The notes beneath the pieces were generated by a model that was not told the origin of the DNA, ran no database searches, and was given only the letters and a program-made list of their open reading frames with translations. From Phoronis australis (Eukaryota > Animalia > Phoronida), in assembly GCA_002633005.1 (NCBI GenBank), contig NMRA01000055.1, positions 310,001 to 374,000 of the forward strand: a stretch of DNA of 64,000 nt. The letters are read 5' to 3'. A program made the position numbers and the translations under genes. Within the stretch, counting starts at the first letter, position 1. Each line of letters opens with the position of its first letter. This document shows positions 52,451-64,000 of the stretch, in pieces.

Positions 52451-55400
52451 CCTGGTTTAAACAACTGAAATCTTCCTACCCTCATAATCGCCAGACAGAT
52501 ATCGCTTCAACTTCAACTTAGCCCCAACTGCAAAATGCAACCAGACATAATGCAGATGAAAAACCAAAGGCATATCGCAGCTGGAAATGTGCTTGAGGAT
52601 GCAGGTGGAATCACAAGGAAAGGATATTTCAGTGAGCTAACACCTCACAATAAAAACTCCTTATTCATTGATGCAGATAATGCAGGTCTGCCAATCAAGC
52701 TTTTATCATTTCTTAATAAAGTTTTTATCTGCCCACTGTAGTAGCTCCAAGGAAACTCAGTGCTGCCACAAATGACCATTAGGGTATAAGATGGAACACT
52801 GAAGTACCTAGACAGGTATGAAGGACAACATGTGTTAAAAGCAGTTGGTGTGAGTGGTGAATGACCAGTAGGTCACACTGGCAACAACAGCCAAGGTAAC
52901 ATATTGCTACATATCCTGATTGATAGGACAAAGAACATCAGCTAGCTAGAGGTTGAATTATTTGCCAAGGGATCTGAAATGTTCTCAGAAACATTTTCTG
53001 GCGAACTTCATCCATCAGAGGAAGCATAACAAAGCCTATTCATACAGTCACTTGATGTGTATAAATTCACCTGTGCATGTGCAAGTGCCATATGTGTGCG
53101 ATAATGCTATCTTCTAATGAGCAGGACTATAATTACACTCATCAAACTGTTGTAATATATGGCTGAGCTAATCAATCAAGGTTTTTTTACAAAAACGTAA
53201 AACGTTATCTGTTGCAATATTATATAATACAAATACGCTTTTACAGAAAATACCACTCAACTATGATGGTTAAAACTTCAATGACACCAGAAGCAAAACA
53301 CTAAACAATATGCAACGACAGTACTGTGCACAGAACATAAGCAAAGCGAAGCCATTCTAGGCCATTTATGAGGACATTAAAAATATATTTAAAGCATAAA
53401 GCCATCCGTTTGATACAGAAAAATCATAATTCTTCCCTGAACTAATTTGAGAATTGAGAGTAAAGTTACATTCCAGGCTGTTCAAGCTAAGTGTCGCAGT
53501 AGCCTGAAAAAGAAAACAGTGGCCGATCAAACCTCACTTCCACTTCTCAAGTGTACGAAAGAATTACAATTTTTCCCTATACTTTATCTCTGGAAGATAA
53601 TGTCCATCGATATAAACCAATCTGCTTAATCTCTGTGTATGGCAGTCTATAGTAACTTAATAACAAGTTATGGTGGCAATCTGAACAAACTTGAAGATTG
53701 TGTCAACTTACAATGAGAAAGATTCTATCATTCAGTGAACGCCAGCCTATTACGAGGATGCTTCAAACCTGGCAAGAAAGAATTAAACATATTACCACAT
53801 ACTTCAGTGCACTAATCATCTGGTAACGAGTTATTCATTCTGGTGTAAGCGCGTGTGACGAGCAATTAACAATTCAATAGTTACAGTTAGCAAGTAGTCC
53901 ATGGCAAAAATATATAGCAACTAGTAATAAACTGATGAAATGACAATAAGGATAATGGCTGAGTTAATCACTGAGTAAGCTAATGAGTTGACCTCCAGTG
54001 GTCACAGAATTAAGCATGTGTCCTCCTTTAACGTGCCACAAAAATCCCTGATGATTTCATAAAGAACAATAACTAATTCACATGTTACGTCAGCAAATCA
54101 ATAGTTGTTAGAACCCCGCCTTTGAACTTCCAATCCGTGAATAAAACTAAGTGGCCATGCAAACATTAACCCGGCAGTTCGAAGAAATACAAATCACCAA
54201 GAGCACTGTAAACAAAGGTACAGAGAGATTAAAAGCAAGCAAATCAAGATCCAAATTATTCTATCAACTGCACTTCACCAACAAATTCATTGAAAAACTG
54301 TCTCATTAAAACAGAGCACAGAAATGATCTTGGTTATAAAAATCTCAAATCAGCAATGGCTTCCATGGGGACCTTGATACATTCCCTCCTCATGTACCCC
54401 TTTGATACACGTGGGATCCAGCTCATAGTTTTCTAGAAAACACAGGTTTGAAATCCAGACCTCAATAATTGGAGAGTCCGAAATCCAAACCACAGGAGCA
54501 TGAATGAGGAATAAACTTTTTCAGTTCCATTTTTGCAAATTATAACACTTCACAGAACATTAGATTGACATCAATTAATTATAAAAAGTAATTAATAAAA
54601 AATTCATTATTTCAAAAATATTGATTAGTTTTTTAATAAATCCAGATTGGTTCTCTCATTAATTTCCACAAATCCGTTGAGGAGTGTCAATGAGATTCTG
54701 CCTGAAAACATTTCTATTCAGAATACATTATAGATTGTTCTTGGGCTAGTTTCAATATGTTAAAAAATGAATTTGCTTTAAAACCAATCACCATCTGACA
54801 AAAAAGATGCAACGACCAAACTAACTCAAGAATTTAACGAATACAAAGGCAAGACTTATTGAAGAAAACAACGATTTTAAGTCGACTTGACATGTTTCGG
54901 TGTCATTTATTCAAACACCATCATCAGACGAGAGAATGCAGTGGCCACCTAGCTAGGCCCAGCAACAAGTAATGAAGCACACATACAGTCAGGCAAGACT
55001 ACGGAGGTGAAATTCAGAGTTCCAAATACATGTTTTAGTATATATTAAAGTTTCAATTGTTGTATAGTAAATATATAGCATAAAATCTGACTAAACCAGT
55101 ACTTGTATTTTAAAATAAATGTAAAATTTTGAATCAAATGTACTATTTGTCAAATTTCCAGTTTACCTCCACATGATGTCATGGTTGGAACATAAGGTTA
55201 TGTTCTCTCTCCTGAGGCACAGTCACTGCCGATCGAGTGGAAATTGCCAGCAGAGGGAGACACTTAGTTTTTACGGTCATTGCGATAAGGATGAAAATGT
55301 TAAAAATACAACCCACTGGAAATAAAAATGAACTTGGAGTGGACAGTTATTATTTTGGCCAGCCTTTTTGATTCCAGCGCAGCATGACCTAATTCTCGTG

Positions 55401-58400
55401 TCAAAGGGTTAGTTAGCTAACAGAGGAATCGAGGCACGAACACCTGGGTCACTACTCAGATAGCGATGAAATCCATGAAGGTGAAGGTGATGACATTCAG
55501 CATTACGTGCTTGGCCTAATTTCTCGGTAAGCCTTATTGGAAACTACATGGGCAGAAACCATTAACTATTGGAGTTGTCAAAAAATGGGATATCCATATT
55601 GTTTGCGAGTTTGACTGACATCACAATTGTAGCTTTAGAACTGTAAACACAAGATTTTCACACAGTTGAATAACAATTGTGCGGCATAGTTTTAGCAATT
55701 TTCAAGCAGAAGCTTTCATTCTAGGCACCTGGCTGCCAGGGGAATGTTGCAATCGAAAACACAACCCTTTCATTACTACCCCTGTATTTAAATTCAGTTT
55801 TAAGAACAATAAAGTTAATTACTTAAATAACCAAGTATAAGATTTTCACAATGGGAATAGCATCATCACAGCAATTTCGTTTTCATTGGCTTAGTGCCCA
55901 TGTCAAATTTCTTGGTTGCCTGGTTGGCAAATGTCAAGACAGCTCACAAGTGAACTTAAACTCGGAATGAGACATTTTCCTGATTTTTTAAGGTCTATTG
56001 TGCACCCCATTTTTTAATGTCCACAGGCATGTGTATAATTGTCTCAATGCATGAATTCTACACTTTTCTTCAGAGTTAGGCTCTACTTACTCAGGGGCTA
56101 CTCTACATCATATCGCTATCAGCACTGATGGACAAAGATTCAACGCCAAGGCAAGGGTCCAGATTCTGAACAAAAGCATGTGTACACTGTACTTAACAAC
56201 AGTAACTCTATACCCTAATTGAATTTGTGTACTCTGTTATCTGTCCCATCATAAAGGTGAGGCTAACAGAAAGTACATAGTATTCATTTCTGCAAACCAA
56301 AACCAAGCACCCTGTCCAGCTAAGCTAATCACAACCTACTGATGCCAGGCATGTAATAGTGACAAAATAAGTTTTTTAGTTTTGAATTTTTACATATTTC
56401 TAGATTAAAAGCTCTAAAGACAATACTGTTCTAACACTACATATAATTCATTCCTATATGCAGTTTTAAAAACACTAGTGACCATGGCGGGGAACAGTTT
56501 AATGTTTACCTTGAACGTAAAGCATGTAAATTTAGTTCCTATATGTTAAAAGCATCATTTTTACTATACTGAGGTCCGTAATTGCCAAATGTAATGAATG
56601 GTTAGGTTTATTGCCCAACTTAGTTGGTTAAGTCACCATGATAATCCTCAGTTAATTGAAACAGCCATGAACAACCCCAACACACATTGTTGTTCTAATC
56701 AGTAGAAGGTAGTACCTGTGGCATATTTCTACCATAGGTACCAATAAATATTCAAAACTACTGCTATTGGTCATTCTTTATTTGCTCTTTTCTTGGGGTG
56801 ATGAAGAAATATGGCGGCAAAAGGCCATTTCTCACATCACTTGACGTGCAATCATTTGAGTGTTTAAATCCTGTTTTCTGTGTTGCAAAAGTATTATTAG
56901 GACTATCTGGATAATCCAATTCATCCAGAATAATAAAATAAAACATTCAAGAAAGGCTTTACGACTACTGCATTCTTTTTTCCAAAACAGACTTTTGATA
57001 TTTACATACTACTGATCATTCAACCCGTTACTACGGTTATGGGAAAATGTTGAGAATGTGTGTCAATATATAGCAATATAATGTAACCATGACATAATGA
57101 GTGACAGAAGGTTAATACCTGATATCAATTATGGTAATTACTAAAGTAAATAACAAGTCTGGATAATTGCATATTGCAGCAAGATCAGTAACACTGGAAG
57201 GCCACTGGAAATGACCTATATATGAACACACATGCAAATTAAACAATAATATTAGTTTGCTTGCATTTAGTGGAAATGAAATCAACTTGAATGCAAACAA
57301 ATACTGATGTCCATGTTGGTAAATTACACCATTAGTTTGGATAGCTTACTTCTACATTCTGAATGTTAATGGAATAAATGATGATGAACACCAACTGAAA
57401 GTGTTAGTGTTGTGATTTTTGCGCAAAGAAAAAATGATCTTCATTCCCTTTGAAAAGCACAACAGAACTAGAAATTTCATGACTTGTATGTCAATTTAAA
57501 GACCTGCCTACAAATTTCGCCAAAATGAAGCTGATAACACTTCGAGCTGTTCTCAGAGTGCAAGTACCCATTAGGCGCTACATGGCATTTCCCAACACGC
57601 CACTATATAGCTCTGTCCAGACGCACACTTAATCTAGTGCAAGTTGCACCAGGGGCAACTTGCACCTGATCAGCGTGTAAACAGAACAATCCCACCACTG
57701 GTGTTTAAAATGTGGAGCTGGGCGAAAATCACTAAGCACATGCCATTCTAGTATTGAGAACCCAGCAAATGCAAAATGGCAGAAACCAAGGAAACAATGA
57801 TTTGCTATCCGTTTTCAGCAATTTTATTTTTATTGCAAGCTCATTTTCATCTTGCCTTATCTTGTAAAACAAAGTAATTGCAACAGATTCAATAATGACT
57901 TGGTGTGTTCAGGATGTCCATCACCTGCCAGAAAGACTGAAGAACACACAATTTCTCCCAACCTCCGCATCACCCGCCATCAGCCACAATGAGTTTCCAG
58001 ACACCTGTTGTAGCACTTAGGTCGATGCGTGATCGTGTGATCCATAGATCACAATCGGACTTATTGTCTGCATTACAAGGAATATCTAAGCAGGGCAAAA
58101 AATGCATTTTTATGGAAGGGATTGAAATTCTCACTTTTGTGAAGTCCTGTCCACACACAGATTTGGCCTATCTGAGACAAGTCCTGCGCTAACATTTGGG
58201 GTTTTGTTACCCCAAAACCTAAGCGAGCCCAACCCACACTGTGACTTACCCGTCCTAATCGATGCACAAATTAAGTGCTCGTGGCTTAGCTGCGATACTG
58301 AAGAAAACCTCAGCAGAAGCATATTATCAAAATTTCACGAAGATCATCAGCACTGTGCATTGAATCCCTACCAAATTGGGAAAGTGTAATTTGTCTCTAG

Positions 58401-61222
58401 AAAAAATATGTAAATTTCATAAAAATCTGTCACGAAGCTGTGTAGATATAGAGGCAAAGATAAAAACTAAAATTAATCTCTGGGGAACAGTAGTAATTAG
58501 ATTAGTCTGAAAGTCTTTGTCATCTGTTTTCAATGCATACAAACACTCCAAATTTTACGAAGATCTTTCAAAGGGTTTAGGATATACAGCATCAAACAGT
58601 GTACAACACCAGGAGAGAGATAACAACATACACCCACATATGAACAAGTTGGCGCATATGAAAAATTTGGTACACTCGGTCTTCGAACCTTGCTTTATGT
58701 ATGGTAAAACTTTTACTCAAGGTCAGAGCTTGTTCCAAATTTTAGAAAGAGGCAATGTTGGTCCTCCCAAACTCGAGAATTACTATCCAAGACAAAAGAT
58801 CACTTAACTCAACAATACACACTATGGGAACTAATGCAAACATTGCATCAATGGCTATTTTAGACAATTCCATAAACTGCCAAGATCATTTTCAGACTCT
58901 CTTGATACAAAACGCAGTGTCTGATATTTGAGAATTACAATGAATTCCAAATCATCCATATCCCAATTGCCAGAATTAAGAAAATTCAATCTCGCCTTGA
59001 ATTTTAGTATTTCAAATTTTAGACTGTCCCAAGCAGGATAATTTTTGCTGTACTATCTCCCACATTGATATCACATGTCTACCCACTGACCCAATACAGA
59101 ATTCAGTACCCTAGTGACAATCCATTTAAATCACACAGTGAATGTAGGTTCAACTCACTCTGAAAATATAATGCTTGGGATATTTGTGCTATACCTAGAT
59201 TTTGATGAATCAACATGAATATGAATGAAATTCATTTTATTGTCACAAACTATAGTAACTCATTGAGCAGCAACCTCTCATAGTAGAGCGCAGGCATTTC
59301 TTTGCACCAAGTCACTCTGCAGGGAAGCAGTTATGATGTAACGATTAGGAATCAGAAGTGGGAGTAGAAAGCATAAGTACACCATGCATCATTAAATGAA
59401 ACATTATGTGGAATCCATTTGGCTGGGCCAATGATTGCTCACATAATTAAAGACAGTTAATAATTAATAAACTGTATGTGAAACTCTGAATTGAAACAAG
59501 GCTTAGATTACTTGGAGTAGGATATATTTGCCATCAACGCCATACACTATTCATCACATAATGTATCATTCCAGCTTTCTTTACTAATACAAGATAGTTG
59601 ACAAATAGACAGAGGCAGCATTTCCACAAGCCCCTACTGAGGGTTCAATTATGATACCAAACCACACTGGTCACATTTTAAAAATTAACTGAGTACCTAA
59701 TAATGAAGTCACTTGTTCTCATCTCCCCATTGTGAACAAAATTGTTTTAAATGGCTACTTCAATGGCCGCCTAACAAAATACCAGTGTGCCCTCTAATGT
59801 GATTCTGTATTATTTACCCACAATCCTGTGCGTCAGTAGGGCACTTGCCCCACATTTGGCAACCTAATCACTATTTTAATTGGTTTGCCATCCTAACATT
59901 TCCCGATAAAGTAATACCATTACACAATGTGGAGTTGCAATCCTGTGATGAATCGTTCTTTACTTGCCCAATTCAGCCTTCAAAAACTTTTGCCGATTTT
60001 TAACGTAAACCCTTGAAGTGGTATAAGAACTGAGTAGTTTAATTCAGCATAAAAGTGTATTAGCAGTCCAACATTTCCAAAAATAGGTACATCATAACAT
60101 GACTTTTTGCACCTCTGCAAAAGAGGAGAGCTGAATTCAGTATGTGGGAATTAAAAAACATCATCCCAGATACAGGTCCTTGTACACTTCATTGTTGCAC
60201 TGATGCTCTTGCAATGGTAGATATTGAGGGACATGTCACTAGGGTACCCGGTTTTCTGAAAAAATAGTGCAAGGCCACATTTATGGTACATGATGTGCCA
60301 AAACAATTACAGGAGTGTAAAAATTTCCAAGAAAATCTTAAAGTAGATCAACACATTTTTGTAAAGAAGCAAGGAAGGTAATCGTCATCAGCACATCTCT
60401 AGCACAAACTTCACCATCTAAAAGTATCACTGCTTTCATTGGCCAATCTAGTCGTCTTATATCCTTCAATGCAGTGGATAAAAGCTACAGGATACAGTGC
60501 AGAAATAAAAACTATTAAGACGGAGTTTTCCACAAACAAAGCATCAATAACGTAAATTTTTCTGGAAAGTGTTTAAAGTAACGTTGAAGTTTTCCTACGA
60601 AGTAAAAACTCCATCCAAATAATCCGAGTTCAAAGGCAAAACAAAGCTTTATTACAGAAACCAGAAATGTAAGACAGAGTTAACAAAACACAAAAGCTCA
60701 ATAATTCAGGTGCTCTGTCAATACAGACGTTCATAAATAATTGATTACTTCTGCGGATTATTCACATAATCTTATGTGTATGACCAACAAGCAACACTAA
60801 TCAGATGTTAAATCTGCTGAACTAAAAGACTTTAATGTTAGACTTTAACTTCTGATAAACCAAACACATCTCCTGATAAAAATACCAATGGCAACCAAGC
60901 CCAGACAATGGAGATCATTATTATTCATGTGTATTCTCCAAAACCAGCATGTGTGTGCTCTATTCCTCCATATTACTATTGGAATGGTGCCAGAAAATAT
61001 GGCCAATCAGGTTAAGGCTGACAGTCACCTGGCAGCTTGTTTGCAATGAGTAGTAAAATTACATCAGTCACTAGTAGGAAATAGTAAAATCCTAGACTAA
61101 CCAGCATGCCGTGTTATAAGCAGAGTTAAATAATGGCTAAGCTACCCAATTCTCATCACTGATGTAGTAAACAGAAATGATACAATTGAGGCTAAATGCA
61201 GTTTGATAAAAAAGTTTTAAAA

Positions 61223-61447
61223 ATACAGGTTTTGCACCAGTAACAACATAATGGTTTTATAGGAAACTGAAACCAATGTATCAAAATCAAAAGCTGCAGC
61301 AGTGCAGCTCTAGAAAAATGGATTCAAGGATATAATGCAGGTCTTGCTGCAGTAACAACATAATGGTTTTTATAGGAAACTGAAACCAATGCATTAAAGT
61401 CAAAAGCTGCAGCAGTGCATAGATCTATGAAAATGCATTCAGGGATA
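61223..61447. repeat. ~112-bp tandem duplication
   Basis: CAGTAACAACATAATGGTTTT...GGAAACTGAAACCAATG...CAAAAGCTGCAGCAGTGCA at 61238 and 61350. Confidence 0.9.
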
Positions 61448-63151
61448 ATAGTGTAAATCCAACCTAAAATCTTAAGTATAGACTTCTGGTTGACCCCTTC
61501 TCAAATTTTGTTGGACTTATGGGTCTTCCAATGGACAAAATAAAATTTCAATCAAGTTTGAAATTTGAATCAACAATTTGAAACTCCCATGGAACAACAG
61601 TGAAAGTTTGACATGATTGTAAAAAAATCTAAAAATACTGTCAATGGAGCTTAGATAGGAAGAAGTGGATGCGAATCAGAGGAATGTTCATAATCAATGA
61701 TCACACAGTATTGTGCAGCTAACATTGACTTTACCAAGAATCAAATAGTCTACCTTTTCACATGTTAAACTTTCAACCCATGGAACAATGACTACAGTAA
61801 CAAATATCTTTTTCTGAGATTAGCCCCAGCGCGAAATCGAGCCTGAAACCCTCAGTTTTGTAGTCAAATGCTCTGCTGGTTGAAGTAAATCCCACTTGAT
61901 AAATGTTTTAAGCATATTTAACCAATAGTCACTGCCCTTGATTTTAGGGAATGTCTGGCAAACAATCACAAGAATTGGTGATTTGTAATAAAATTCCTCA
62001 AACAACAGTTTTTTTGTTTTACACCTCTGTTCAAGGGTAATAACTTCAAATGTTCTATCCTATCCAACAATAATTTCAAAAATGTTTTTGTAATAAAAAT
62101 GATACTGCCCCTTTAATGATCAGATTTTTTTCAACAGAAATGTCAAAACATTTGTCGCCATAAGGACACCAGGCCATTCAGTCATATCTTGTAGATGGAC
62201 AACCGTGCAATTATTTGGTGATGCCATCCACCCTTGATATCACAAAAGTTGGTCTAAGCTCCTAGTGTGTTATACAGGACAGTTACCACATTATCAGTAA
62301 TAAAATACTGGCTGAAAAAAAAAAATGAATTGTCAAGGACAGAAACTTTTTTAATGTTTCGCTTCTGAAATAGAAATCCTTTGGTGGTCAAAAGTGAGTG
62401 TAGAATCATTCTTTCATGGAAGAAATATGATAAAAATTGCGGAAACTTCTGTGAGGGAATTTTTCATTTCTGGACAAGATTTGACTTGATACGAGTTTAC
62501 ATTAGTGTATTCATTCAGCGTGATACATATTTGGTGTTTGTGCCATGACATCGGACAAAAGACTGAGTTTGGCCATTAACAAAAGATTGATATCAGGCCT
62601 TTGAAAACCAGCATCTTCTGGAATACAGAGTAAATGGGAGTTAGTTGTAATGCCATGTGGGCCATATTTTTCATGTAAAACAGTTCCACGGAAATGGTAA
62701 GTGTATTGTGCAGAGGCGACATTTTTATATAACGTACGACATCTAATTAGAAAAAAGATGAGATATCTGATCCACTGTCCAAAAAATCAAATCACATACC
62801 AATGTTCGACAGGCACTAGTGATATGTCTTATTATCATATGACTCGACAAATAAAATGGCGGAACGGTTTCTTACCATGAGAAGGTTACAAATGGTGTAC
62901 CATGCAATACAATACTTGCTCTGTTTGGTCATGGTAATGGTAGATGATGGGACAGAATAGTAACATTTTCCACATTAGTGTTCATCACTCGTAAGAGAGC
63001 AGATAAGACACCTTTGAGAGTGCTCATTTTAACTAGCTGATAAGCCTTCTGCATCCCCAGCCATGCAGTTTAAATGTTATGGCCATGGCATGCCTTCTGA
63101 TCACTCATCCTATCTGTCTCAATTCTTTTTTGCAATAGTGTCCCTTCCATT

Positions 63152-64000
63152 AACAAGAGCCATTAAAGGCATTAAAATGTGCCCAAAGACTGCACCCCAA
63201 ATATACTTCTAGGGCGTGTTCATTTGCATCATAAAATGGCCACCAGGAGGCTCAAAATACATCAAACCCATCTGAAAACAGGAAGGCATTGTCATTTCCC
63301 TAGCAAAAACCTATTTGCCAATTTCGTGAATATCTGTCCAGGAACTCTAAAGATACAGATACAAACATAAAAAATAAAATTGTCGCTAAGATCCTCAATT
63401 ATAGCTGAATTCCTCCAAAAGAAATCATTGTCAGATGTAATACTCATGGGAATACACATTTCAAATTTCACAAAAATCCTACAAGGGGCAATGGAAATAG
63501 TTGTGAATGCAAAAAAATGCCATTGGAGTGCACTGCAGTCGTCAATGCTGTTTTCATTAAGAACCCAGCTTCCAATGTTCTTAATGATTTGTTGAGCAGT
63601 TTTGAGGATAGACAGGCTGATGCCAACGAACTTTCAAAAAAATAAAATGGACACTGGGTGGCACACAATACACCTAATCCGTGTAAAAAATATAAAGGTA
63701 CTGCCGTCTCTGTAATAGCATATTTGCCAAACTCCATGAAAGTCCATCAAGGACCAGAGATAAACATGAAAATATAAAATTGCCACTAGGGGGCACAGTG
63801 GTAGTCATATCCATTGAAAAGTCGTAATCCACTGCCACATTAACAGAATAACACTTGTTGAATTTCAGAAGGGGTACAGAGATACAGCCGTGGATATAAA
63901 AACAGAACTTCCACTAGGACCTGCCAAAGTAGTTGAACCTGTCCTGAATCAATGCCATTCTTGGTCTTCTCAGCAGGAACACATCTGCCAATTGTCATAA
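63152..64000 (-). mobile_element. Probable HINE-like element, inverted, possibly running off the window
   Basis: Starts AACAAGAGC (reverse complement of the GCTCTTGTT end at 32064); internal degenerate AATTTCR blocks; similar blocks at 58330-58565. Confidence 0.4.

Overview
Animal genomic DNA, AT-rich, probably a lophotrochozoan/spiralian invertebrate (inferred from Delta architecture and repeat types). One protein-coding gene can be built: the Notch ligand Delta (+ strand, 10 coding exons, 42836-50735, 2364 nt, 787 aa). It has a signal peptide, MNNL/C2, DSL, 9 EGF repeats, a TM helix, an NxxN motif and a C-terminal ATEV PDZ ligand. All nine introns are GT-AG and phase-compatible. Upstream is a ~42 kb gene-free, CpG-retaining region with MITEs (one family with 5-bp TSDs), Helentron-like elements, minisatellites and clusters of HES class-C sites and proneural E-boxes. 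Both window ends are CpG-depleted. The strongest leads are regulatory: two 3'UTR hairpins with different stems around the same 20-nt motif, K-box/Brd-box and other miRNA sites in a Delta UTR, candidate ATEV-less isoforms, a duplicated TEV-stop cassette and a transposon-borne CTCF-like array. I found no prokaryote-type system, RNA gene or second recognisable gene. All motif calls were made by eye.
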